From IMG/VR virus record IMGVR_UViG_3300045988_143263: a stretch of DNA of 47,925 nucleotides, one strand, 5' to 3'. How positions within the stretch are numbered: position 1 is the first letter of the stretch; the number at the start of each line of letters is the position of its first letter. The DNA comes from a virus (lineage: Duplodnaviria; Heunggongvirae; Uroviricota; Caudoviricetes). This document shows, piece by piece, positions 37,459 through 45,413 of this stretch. The translations under genes and the position numbers were made by a program. The notes beneath the pieces were generated by a model that saw only the letters and a program-made list of their open reading frames with translations, was not told the origin of the DNA and searched no databases.

Positions 37459-38526
37459 TCAGGCTTTCAATAGCGATTCTTTTAAATATCGGGCATCAGC
37501 CAGGGCGTTTGGAGTAATCTTGCGAACCCATGCATTACGGGTTGGACTCCACTTAAAGGCGCGTGATTTAAGCAGCGAACGAATGTTTGCCTCTGGTTTG
37601 CCAGGGAAATAAAACAGGATGCGGTTATCCTCTGGATCTATCTCCATAGAAAAGCCGTCGTATTCTTCGCGCTGTGCTCCTGTTACAGACTTGACCGATT
37701 CAAGCTCCTTAATACGGCTCTGTAGTCGTTTGATTTCGGCGTTATTGTTGCTCAGTGCGTATGAAGGGAATCCGATGCGCCCACAGAAATCTCCGGCCAG
37801 TAACTCTTTGGCTTCGCTTTCTGTAAACCTGAGATCGATTAATGCAGAAAGCTGCTGTATTTGGTCTTTTTTGTATTTGCGAATGGCCTTATTTGCGGCC
37901 TTCATTTTGACGTGTGACTTCATGCAGCCTTGCAGCTTACGAAGCAACTTAAATAGCGCATCAGGATCATCAGACGAAATTCCATTACGCCCAACACCTG
38001 CGGCTTTGCTCTCGTAGTGTGATGCTTTACTTTCGCATTCAACAAACGCTTTTCTGAATAACGCATCAGCTTTAGACAAACGGCGGCGATGGCCTTTCGC
38101 GCTATAATGGTCAACTAAAATCGGCTGGCCTAACGGGATCACATCCAACAGGTCATGCGCTCGCTTATGCGCTACCGCACCTTCTTTTCTGGCTTTTTCT
38201 GCACGAGCAATATATCGGGCAAGACGCGCGTTCTGGCGTTCCTGATAGGTGTTTACGTAATCATCTCCGCGCTGCTGCTGTTCAAGCCATGCTTTGCGCA
38301 GATCTTCTGTTACGTCCACCAGCTCCGCAGGGATACAACCTGTTTGGGCTTCATAAGAGTAACCATCCTCATAGATGCGCCCATCGTCTTCAACAAAGAA
38401 AAAGGTTTCGTGCTCATCGCTTTTGACCATACGACCATTAACATGGCGTAATAGGTAGCCAGTATCAGTGCTCAACAGGCTGTTAGGGTTGTTGATCCAG
38501 TCAGAAATAATTACTTGTTTATTCAT
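37459..38526 (-). CDS. DUF3560-like phage protein (start trimmed to MNKQVIISD)
   Basis: ~355 aa; ATG at 38524..38526 directly follows the conserved leader of the repeated cassette, which the ORF-track N-terminal extension would read through. Confidence 0.45.
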   Translation of the reverse strand: MNKQVIISDWINNPNSLLSTDTGYLLRHVNGRMVKSDEHETFFFVEDDGRIYEDGYSYEAQTGCIPAELVDVTEDLRKAWLEQQQRGDDYVNTYQERQNARLARYIARAEKARKEGAVAHKRAHDLLDVIPLGQPILVDHYSAKGHRRRLSKADALFRKAFVECESKASHYESKAAGVGRNGISSDDPDALFKLLRKLQGCMKSHVKMKAANKAIRKYKKDQIQQLSALIDLRFTESEAKELLAGDFCGRIGFPSYALSNNNAEIKRLQSRIKELESVKSVTGAQREEYDGFSMEIDPEDNRILFYFPGKPEANIRSLLKSRAFKWSPTRNAWVRKITPNALADARYLKESLLKA

Positions 38527-38647
38527 CAGATTTCTCCGGTTTAACCAGGGCGGGTATCGCTCGGTTTCGGGTATAACCTTAGGAAATTTTTTCCCACCTG
38601 TAAAGCACTTTTTATATAAATCTATAATTATATATTTATAGATTTTC
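38527..38647 (-). promoter_or_regulatory. repeated promoter-leader cassette, copy B (immediately downstream of Q-like gene)
   Basis: -35 TTTACA (rc of 38599..38604), 17-nt spacer, -10 TAAGGT (rc of 38576..38581), AT-rich upstream motif, ~45-nt leader with GGAGA RBS. Confidence 0.5.
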
Positions 38648-38696
38648 CGATGTTCCCGATGCCTACAAATCACCAAAACAGCTCAAAATGACACTT

Positions 38697-39074
38697 TCAC
38701 TCTCTTCGTTTTTTCAAATAGTCGACAACATACGCCCTGGCTTTTGCCAGCTTCCGGCGATACTGTCTGAGACTAAGAGAAAGGGCGTGGGCTTTATCAA
38801 TATGCGGTGCATTTATGTCGAGGCCCCGAATCTCCCACGCCCCGTATTCAATTCTGACAACCAGCGCCGCAGTCTCATCAACTACCGTGAGGGCCGTCAC
38901 CGCTCCCTCGATACTGGTTTCCAGTGAGTCATTTGGTGCGCCGCCCCCTCCGGTAAACTGGCAGCGCGTAACCATCATCATTTCTAACATCGACGCGAAA
39001 CCGCTACGGGCGTTGCAGCCATTGCGCACCCACAGCGCCCATAGCTCAAACAAGCTATCCAGATCGCGTCTCAC
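38697..39074 (-). CDS. putative antitermination protein Q-like (small Q family)
   Basis: 125 aa; N-terminal pattern LFELWALWVRNG…SGFASML resembles small phage Q-type antiterminators (from memory); position in a nin-like region. Confidence 0.4.
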   Translation of the reverse strand: MRRDLDSLFELWALWVRNGCNARSGFASMLEMMMVTRCQFTGGGGAPNDSLETSIEGAVTALTVVDETAALVVRIEYGAWEIRGLDINAPHIDKAHALSLSLRQYRRKLAKARAYVVDYLKKRRE

Positions 39075-39077
39075 TGT

Positions 39078-39410
39078 TCAGATCTCCCGTATCGTGACGG
39101 GATAAAGCGCCTCTACCTGCTTTTTCTTCATGATGTAGACGTCTGTTCGTACACCTTTAGTGTCGACACAATCAATCGTCCCATCGTCATAAAACACCAT
39201 GAAATCAAGTTTATAAACGACACCACCTGGCAGATGAAAAGGCACCTGCATAAGAAACGTCACAACGCGGCCAGCTTTTCTCAGTAGCTTCAGTTCGCAG
39301 TAGTAATCAGCCTCTTTTTTGCTATCAAAAGCGATATCATCGACAACCGTTTTTTTATTGCCGTATTTGCTTTTCCTTGTCGCTGGTTTGCGAAAGCCGG
39401 TATATCTCAT
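39078..39410 (-). CDS. DUF1064-like phage protein
   Basis: 110 aa; N-terminus …SKYGNKKTVVDDIAFDSKKEADYYCELK typical of DUF1064 nin-region proteins. Confidence 0.5.
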   Translation of the reverse strand: MRYTGFRKPATRKSKYGNKKTVVDDIAFDSKKEADYYCELKLLRKAGRVVTFLMQVPFHLPGGVVYKLDFMVFYDDGTIDCVDTKGVRTDVYIMKKKQVEALYPVTIREI

Positions 39411-39811
39411 TTGGTATCCCCTGGTACTTCACCAAGACTAAGATCAAACCCAATTTCGTCTTTAACTGACTGCGGCAACAGCTCCCACGTCTGCGCACAC
39501 AAAAATTCATCTGTGCCATAACGCTCAACAAAGCGAGCACAATTACTCAGGGGAGGGTGACGAACGGCAATATGCGGAGGCACGCGCCCACCACCAGGCA
39601 CAACACCGCGATGATGTGGTGCGCACAGCCCAAAGCTATGGAAGTGGCAATTCTCATCAACGCTGCCGTAATCAGGATCGTGATGCAGCTCCGTCCACAG
39701 CTCTGGATTCTCAATTTCACGGCCATCAATAATGCAAGCTATGCAACCCACGTGAGTGAGCACCGCTTGTATATAAAGTTTCTCTTTCTTCGTTGGTGTA
39801 CGTCCGTTCAT
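39407..39811 (-). CDS. Ref-like HNH nuclease (recombination enhancement function family)
   Basis: 134 aa; N-terminus MNGRTPTKKEKLYIQAVLTHVGCIACIIDG and His/Cys-rich core resemble P1 Ref-family proteins. Confidence 0.45.
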   Translation of the reverse strand: MNGRTPTKKEKLYIQAVLTHVGCIACIIDGREIENPELWTELHHDPDYGSVDENCHFHSFGLCAPHHRGVVPGGGRVPPHIAVRHPPLSNCARFVERYGTDEFLCAQTWELLPQSVKDEIGFDLSLGEVPGDTK

Positions 39812-40044
39812 CAGCGCCCCTTACCATTGATAAAGAGGTTGAACTCGTTGATTAACTGGACATACATGCTTCTGGCCGCGTAGTTCTTTGCCAGCTCTTT
39901 ACGTGATGAGATCCCGCAAAACTCACGCAGAATCACAGAGGCCTCAGAACTGTTCGAAACGTTCTTCCCTGTTTTACTGGTCAGAAAGCGCCAGAATTGG
40001 GGATTCTGGCAATGCATCGCAGCACCGCGAACATAACTACTCAT
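39811..40044 (-). CDS. hypothetical protein
   Basis: 77-aa ORF, translationally coupled. Confidence 0.3.
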   Translation of the reverse strand: MSSYVRGAAMHCQNPQFWRFLTSKTGKNVSNSSEASVILREFCGISSRKELAKNYAARSMYVQLINEFNLFINGKGR

Positions 40045-40556
40045 TGATGGCCCCCGTCATTTCTGGTGCTTTTCACCGTGCGGCTGATTAAAAATCTGCC
40101 ATCACGAGAAACAGACACATCTCGTTTACCCAACCTCATTTCACGGCGGTAACATTCAGAAAATGCCTCGTCCGGCAGCATATAAATGCGGCGTTTCGCC
40201 TCCGTATCCAGAAGAGAACGGCTTGGGGTTACATATAAAAACGACTCATCAATAGGGACAAAACCACGAGCAAGAATTGCTGGCAGAATGCCAGGAAGAA
40301 CGCAGAAAACAGCTCCACGATGCAGCAACATCTGGTACTCCATGACCTCCGTTATCCCCGTGACTACTGTTACGGTGTCACGTCTGTTACGGCTGGCAAC
40401 CAGTCGCTGCACACGTCCAATTTTCTGATCTACAGATAGATGTTTGCTATCGTTATCAATATGATCGATAACAAATCCTTTAATCGTTTGATCAAGGTAG
40501 TGCACCACCTGCGATTGAATCTGGTGATTATCACCAAAGAAGGCCAGAATCATCAT
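40041..40556 (-). CDS. hypothetical protein
   Basis: 171-aa ORF downstream of the Cro-like gene. Confidence 0.3.
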   Translation of the reverse strand: MMILAFFGDNHQIQSQVVHYLDQTIKGFVIDHIDNDSKHLSVDQKIGRVQRLVASRNRRDTVTVVTGITEVMEYQMLLHRGAVFCVLPGILPAILARGFVPIDESFLYVTPSRSLLDTEAKRRIYMLPDEAFSECYRREMRLGKRDVSVSRDGRFLISRTVKSTRNDGGHQ

Positions 40557-41047
40557 TCCTCAAGCCTCCCAAGTGCTGAACGCCGGGCGTTGCTAATCTC
40601 CTTATGAATCAGCTCGATATCGCTGGAATCTTTATTCTTAAACTCCAGCATGGCAATCGCATCACGAACCTCTGAAACGGTTACGTGTGAGTGTTTCCAG
40701 CGAGCAATGAATCGCGGACCGCGTAGATTGCAACGCTCCGCAGGCATCCCCAGCTCAGAGAAAACCGCTTTCAACCTTGATAAGCAGTTAACAGGGAGAT
40801 TCCCTTTGATCTTGTTCTGCCGAACCGATGTGCCATCGCTACGCTGGCGCTGACGTTCGGCAAAATCTGCCGCCCATTGCTGGACGTTAATCCGGCCTTC
40901 CGAATACGCTACCAGCAGCGTCAGGTTATCCGCACGAGGGAATCTCTCGAAGCGATACCAGGCACCAATCAGTGATGACGTAAAGCCAAACTTTCTGGCA
41001 ACACCAATTTGGCCTCCATTTTCGTCAACCCACTCCTGAAAGGTCAT
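40553..41047 (-). CDS. Cro/CII-like early regulatory protein
   Basis: 164 aa; N-terminal HTH-like segment ENGGQIGVARKFGFTSSLIGAWYRF; divergent from the CI-like repressor gene. Confidence 0.45.
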   Translation of the reverse strand: MTFQEWVDENGGQIGVARKFGFTSSLIGAWYRFERFPRADNLTLLVAYSEGRINVQQWAADFAERQRQRSDGTSVRQNKIKGNLPVNCLSRLKAVFSELGMPAERCNLRGPRFIARWKHSHVTVSEVRDAIAMLEFKNKDSSDIELIHKEISNARRSALGRLEE

Positions 41048-41065
41048 TTAACGAACTCCAGTTAA

Positions 41066-41183
41066 ACCACGATATGTGGTATTAAAACCACATATCGTGA
41101 GTTTTTCAATGGGCGAAACAAAAAATAACCTTCTATTTGTGGTCCACCTCTCGTCTTACCATGTGAAAACCACTAAATGTGGT
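41066..41183. promoter_or_regulatory. immunity operator/promoter region with ACCAC-N5-GTGGT sites
   Basis: ACCACGATATGTGGT (41066..41080), ACCACATATCGTGAG (41087..41101), ACCACTAAATGTGGT (41169..41183); TATAAAT -10-like box at 41188..41194. Confidence 0.5.
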
Positions 41184-41220
41184 AATGTATAAATAACCCA
41201 CCATTCACGATTGATGAGAC

Positions 41221-41877
41221 ATGAAAAGCAACGACGAGAACATCAAGAAAGAAATAGGTCTGCGCATTCAGACTCTACGGAAACAATCCGGCATGACTGC
41301 CGGAGATCTCCAGCAAGTCACTGGAATAGGCTTAAGCACCTTGCAGAACTATGAGGCCGGATTAAGACAACCATCTATACCTGCCATCAAGAAAATCGCG
41401 CACGCCCTGAAAGCATCAGCGCCTTATATCGCGTGCTTAACAGATAACCCGTTCCCACCCCAGAATACTAACGCTCCTGTTATTCCTGGGCTTGTAGCTA
41501 TAAAAAATGACATAGCATCGCACGCCGGAGAAAAGCCAGTGCTGGCGATAGAACAGGAGATTCTACGAAGCAAGAACATCAACCCATCGTCTCTGTCAGT
41601 TCTCCAGAGCAACGATGAGTTAATGTCACCAACAATATCCCCTGGCTCCCAAGTCCTGATTGATACAGACGATACAGAGATTCATGAGGGGATCTATGCC
41701 CTTGAAGACAGAAATGGCCTGGTTGTTTTGAGGCACTGTAGAGTCATACCGGGTGACAATGCTGTTATGCTGTCAACCGAAAGGGATGCTGAAATGAACA
41801 CTAAGCATCTGAATAACGAGGAATTTAAGCGTTATAAAGTTCTTGGCCGCGTAGTTAGTGTTGTCAACTGGTTATGA
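41221..41877 (+). CDS. CI-like prophage repressor (N-terminal HTH, C-terminal S24 LexA-type peptidase domain)
   Basis: 218 aa; HTH TAGDLQQVTGIGLSTLQNYEAG and C-terminal S24-like fold. Confidence 0.75.
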   Translation: MKSNDENIKKEIGLRIQTLRKQSGMTAGDLQQVTGIGLSTLQNYEAGLRQPSIPAIKKIAHALKASAPYIACLTDNPFPPQNTNAPVIPGLVAIKNDIASHAGEKPVLAIEQEILRSKNINPSSLSVLQSNDELMSPTISPGSQVLIDTDDTEIHEGIYALEDRNGLVVLRHCRVIPGDNAVMLSTERDAEMNTKHLNNEEFKRYKVLGRVVSVVNWL

Positions 41878-41969
41878 TACACAGCACGGCGAAAGCCGTG
41901 CATTTCTACGCTCAAAAAAACCACATTTTGTGGTTTTGACAACATGTAAAAGTATAAAAGAGGCTACGC

Positions 41970-42344
41970 ATGGAATTACATACAGCCAATAAAAACGAAA
42001 CTCTGATCACTGCTGGAATCGAAATCCAAGCGTTGAACATAGCGATTGAGTGTATGTTATGCCAAATCATTGATAATGAGAAAGATATCGACTGGATAGA
42101 ATCTATCCTTCATCTGGCATCAGAACAAAAAGTCTGCCTCAAAACGGCCTTACAATACGATGTGCCAGCGGTATCGAAGCTGTGCCAGCCATTGATGGCA
42201 TATAACAGGGCTATTATTTCTGTATGCCTCATGATTCTTGATGAAAACACCCCTCTTAGCGACCGCTCAGAAGCTGCTCTAACCCTCTCACGTAAACAGC
42301 GACAGCTAGCAAATCAACTGATATCAACGATAGCTGACCTCTGA
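41970..42344 (+). CDS. hypothetical protein downstream of repressor
   Basis: 124-aa ORF with AAGAGG RBS. Confidence 0.4.
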   Translation: MELHTANKNETLITAGIEIQALNIAIECMLCQIIDNEKDIDWIESILHLASEQKVCLKTALQYDVPAVSKLCQPLMAYNRAIISVCLMILDENTPLSDRSEAALTLSRKQRQLANQLISTIADL

Positions 42345-42360
42345 CTGCAAGCGGGCTAAC

Positions 42361-42475
42361 GCCCGCTTATATGATTATAGATTTATATAATTATATAAAA
42401 CGCTTTCCATCCGCCAAAAAGTTGGTTATGCTTACCTCGTTCTATAAATATAGATTTATAGAATTATATAACCAA
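42361..42475. repeat. AT-rich iteron cluster upstream of parA (candidate centromere/operator)
   Basis: ATGATTATAGATTTATATAATTATATAA and ATAAATATAGATTTATAGAATTATATAA blocks. Confidence 0.5.
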
Positions 42476-42494
42476 ACACATGGAGTCTCGACAA

Positions 42495-43148
42495 ATGACT
42501 ATCTCTGTAGGTATTTTCAACGGAAAAGGCGGCGTAACCAAATCAACAATTGCCCGTGCTTTAGCAGTTGCTTATGCAAAGGCTGGCTGGAATGTATGCC
42601 TGATCGATATGGATGTGCTTAACGGAACGGTAACACGTTGGGTACAACGCAGAATGGCCAACAATATCGAACCAGCAATCGCGGCGCAGCCGTGCGGCAC
42701 ACCATCACAAGTCCAGAAAATCATCGAATCAGAAGTATACGACCTGGTTATCGTCGATGGCGGTGCCTACGCATCTGAATCAGTACCGAAGCTCTCTGAA
42801 TTTCTGGATATGGTTATTTTGCCAACCAGATTCTCTACCGATGACCTGGAAACCACCGTTAACACAGCTCACGGCATCGTTAAAAAGGGTGTACCAATCA
42901 AGAAAATTTGCATGGTGTTTTCCGGCGCGGCTGAAAACGAAGCTGACTATATTGAAGCCCAAGAGTACCTGGCTAATACGCCATACTTTGTTGTCGATAA
43001 GTACATTCCCCACAAGCCAGCTCTGAGCAAAGCTCAGGATAAGGGCTTAAGCCTCATTGAGTGCTCATACGTTGCGCCACGCAAAAAGGCAGACGACGTT
43101 ATTCAGGGGATTATCAACCAGCTTGAGGCTCTGACTACTGCCGCGTAA
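42495..43148 (+). CDS. parA: ParA-family partition ATPase
   Basis: Deviant Walker A box NGKGGVTKST ten residues from the chosen start; start set at the second ATG (GGAG RBS). Confidence 0.8.
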   Translation: MTISVGIFNGKGGVTKSTIARALAVAYAKAGWNVCLIDMDVLNGTVTRWVQRRMANNIEPAIAAQPCGTPSQVQKIIESEVYDLVIVDGGAYASESVPKLSEFLDMVILPTRFSTDDLETTVNTAHGIVKKGVPIKKICMVFSGAAENEADYIEAQEYLANTPYFVVDKYIPHKPALSKAQDKGLSLIECSYVAPRKKADDVIQGIINQLEALTTAA

Positions 43149-43180
43149 TATATAATTATAGTTTTATAGATTTATATAAG
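43147..43180. repeat. AT-rich iteron block between parA and the ParG-like gene
   Basis: ATATATAATTATAGTTTTATAGATTTATATAA. Confidence 0.45.
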
Positions 43181-43191
43181 AGGGGATACAC

Positions 43192-43440
43192 ATGGCCGCA
43201 CCATCAAAACCACCAAAGAAGAACAGCAAAGGCGTACCGCCATCGATCGAACAACCGCAGGTTTTCGACCCGACTGAAACGCCAACCAGAACCAAATCAG
43301 GTGGGGCACAAATGGCGTTTAACGTCGACCCTGAATTTAAACGCGAGTACAAAACGTTCGCCAGCTCAATGGATATGTCATTGAAAGAAGTGCTGACAAA
43401 GTCTTTTGAGTTACTCAAGGCTCAATACAACCAGAAGTAA
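43192..43440 (+). CDS. ParG-like ribbon-helix-helix centromere-binding protein
   Basis: 82 aa; disordered basic N-terminus and C-terminal RHH-like segment MAFNVDPEFKREYKTFASSMDMSLKEVL; directly downstream of parA. Confidence 0.5.
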   Translation: MAAPSKPPKKNSKGVPPSIEQPQVFDPTETPTRTKSGGAQMAFNVDPEFKREYKTFASSMDMSLKEVLTKSFELLKAQYNQK

Positions 43441-43502
43441 GAGAAGGTGACGGCCTCCAGCGCCAACTGTTGGCCGTCGCGACACAACAAGGGGAATTTG
43501 TT

Positions 43503-43652
43503 ATGTCCGAGCAACAATATACACGGTTACTGAAAACTCGTCTAACCGACCTCAAACGGCTGCAAGCTGGCTGCTTATTTGCCCTGCTATCCACCAGGCC
43601 AGAATGGGTACGTGAAGCAGTTCTGAAAGGCTTAATGCGCTCCAGCGTTTAA
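43503..43652 (+). CDS. small hypothetical protein
   Basis: 49 aa from ATG at 43503. Confidence 0.25.
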   Translation: MSEQQYTRLLKTRLTDLKRLQAGCLFALLSTRPEWVREAVLKGLMRSSV

Positions 43653-43662
43653 ATTCAGCCAT

Positions 43663-43686
43663 AAAAAAAGGCCCCCGAAGGGGCCT
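43663..43686 (-). terminator. rho-independent terminator (minus strand; hairpin shared with plus-strand gene end)
   Basis: ggcccc-cgaa-ggggcc 7-bp stem; A7 run on plus strand gives a U7 tail on the minus strand. Confidence 0.5.
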
Positions 43687-43691
43687 AATCG

Positions 43692-43814
43692 CTACTTGCT
43701 GCTAATGTTTATCGTCACATTCAGAGCGTTATCAGTAATCTTCCAACCCTCCCCATGTGGCGTAAACAAAGCTCCAGTAACAACGATAAAAATACACATG
43801 TAGTATTTTTTCAT
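43692..43814 (-). CDS. small hydrophobic peptide (signal-peptide or membrane-like)
   Basis: 41 aa MKKYYMCIFIVVTGALFTPHGEGWKITDNALNVTINISSK; followed by a terminator; ~170-nt structured upstream leader. Confidence 0.3.
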   Translation of the reverse strand: MKKYYMCIFIVVTGALFTPHGEGWKITDNALNVTINISSK

Positions 43815-44231
43815 TGTGTGGCCCTTACAGGCCGTTTCACGGCATCCCCACCGACGAAAATGACGCGAGAGCAAGCACGCTGTTTGTGCCTGCGTGGTAC
43901 GGCAAGTGGATAATCCTTTCCTGAAAGTCGGTGCCCGGTTGCGAATCGGCGAAAAGGCCCCGCGTAATGTTACACCGCAGCCCCTTCATAATGAAGGGAT
44001 AAAAATGTATTGTTTTTCATTAAGTTAAATACACACCACAAAAATCACTCGCTTTTGTGCTCTAACAAACCAAATTTATTTGGACAATTTTATTCAGTTA
44101 GGTAAGAATATGATTGCTGTTTGTGCTTGCGTGGTTGTATTTATACAACAACGTAATGCTGAAAGGACCGCGAATCCGATCAGCACGAAAGAACCGTCCT
44201 CAATAGGGCGGTTTTTTTGTTTCTTCACTCA

Positions 44232-44771
44232 TTAAAACAGTCCAAGACCTGTTAATGGCTTCTGATAATCTCGATTATTCATATCAGCGCCGTTATCGAC
44301 CCAATTTCTATATGCTTCATCGCAACAATACATTACAGCAGTTGGAGTAACAGGGATGCCCCCCCCAAATGAGAACCCCATTGAGCTTATGCTAATTCTT
44401 TCGAATGGCCTATTTCTCAATGCTTCAAACCCCTTGCTATTAAAGTAACGCAGCATCAGAGGCAAAAGACTATCTTCTTCCAGAGGAATGGTTCCTGGAT
44501 GGAAGTGGTAACCATAACGGTTAAATTCGGAAATAAGATTTTCTGCCAATGACATGAAATTCACTGGAGTAATATTAAGGGCTGTGAAAGCACCAAAAAG
44601 GGCGTCAACTGTTAATACAGACTGCCCGTTCTCTATCTTTGTCCATGCGTTCGGTGTTTTACCAGCAGCTTGAGCTAGCATCCCTTGATGCACACCTCTT
44701 TCTAGCCTAAGTTCTTTTATGATCATTAGGTGAATTGTTGAAAAACATGAGTTTTTTGACGGTTCAATCAT
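44232..44771 (-). CDS. HTH (XRE-like) domain protein with C-terminal domain of unknown function
   Basis: 179-aa ORF; HTH-like segment GMLAQAAGKTPNAWTKIENGQSVLTVDALF; true start may be the internal Met near 44726. Confidence 0.4.
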   Translation of the reverse strand: MIEPSKNSCFSTIHLMIIKELRLERGVHQGMLAQAAGKTPNAWTKIENGQSVLTVDALFGAFTALNITPVNFMSLAENLISEFNRYGYHFHPGTIPLEEDSLLPLMLRYFNSKGFEALRNRPFERISISSMGFSFGGGIPVTPTAVMYCCDEAYRNWVDNGADMNNRDYQKPLTGLGLF

Positions 44772-44959
44772 TTTTTATCCCCATACTGGATTTTTTTCTT
44801 GTTCCCGACTTTAACAAAACACTACAACTCAAGACTGATTAATTCCTTACAGGAACTATACATTCCCGTTTTCAGCATATCAAGAAAATTAAAAGCCCCG
44901 AATTCAAACCCACACTATGTGGTTTAGTCTGTTAAAATCCCTCTGTATTGACATGAATG

Positions 44960-45056
44960 CGCCATTGGTGGACACTTTCCGAGCCGTAGCAAAATCTACG
45001 GCCGGGATTGGAACCCCGTAGACACAATGGCGCATACCGCGTTAGCGGTTTTTTTA
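44960..45056 (+). ncRNA. candidate c4-like regulatory small RNA
   Basis: Three predicted hairpins (44984..45001, 45002..45018, 45036..45048) ending in T7; two blocks are complementary to the downstream leader at 45128..45148. Confidence 0.35.
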
Positions 45057-45221
45057 TGCGTAAAGCACTGCTACACCCAAATTATGGTGGGGCGTGCGGG
45101 GGAGTCGTAAGACTCGCCGGTTCGTCATTGTGTCCGGTAGTTCCAACCCTGCACGTCTCACCACCCAATGATTGGAACCTGACGGTGGTGAGTATCCTTA
45201 ACCTTTAAGGGAATCATCACA

Positions 45222-45413
45222 ATGACAAACCTACCCCATGACTATTACGTCAACCTCGTAAAGATCCTTCTCAAGAAAGCCTCATACGCCGATAAATTAC
45301 GCCTGGCTGAAATCATCGAGCGCGAAGCTATGCGCATCGCCAGCAACGATAACGCTGTTTCTGACGCAAAAATCTCCCTCGTAACCAAAGTAGTTATGGG
45401 AGGTGCAAAATGA
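45222..45413 (+). CDS. small protein translationally coupled to antirepressor gene (Icd-like position)
   Basis: 63 aa; AAGGGA RBS; stop overlaps the antirepressor start (ATGA). Confidence 0.35.
   Translation: MTNLPHDYYVNLVKILLKKASYADKLRLAEIIEREAMRIASNDNAVSDAKISLVTKVVMGGAK

Noticed and set aside
38683-38697. 15-mer TCAAAATGACACTTT shared between the Q-like gene stop region and the 47459..47485 palindrome
   Set aside because: A single shared 15-mer in 48 kb is close to chance expectation; mentioned only as a possible half-site.
42371-42622. 83-aa ORF spanning the parA upstream iterons and parA start
   Set aside because: Overlaps the AT-rich iteron array and the ParA N-terminus in another frame; the ParA call explains the region.
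45008-45208. 66-aa ORF overlapping the candidate c4-like RNA and its target leader
   Set aside because: Covers a region better explained by RNA structure and complementarity blocks; no RBS and Gly/Val-rich translation.
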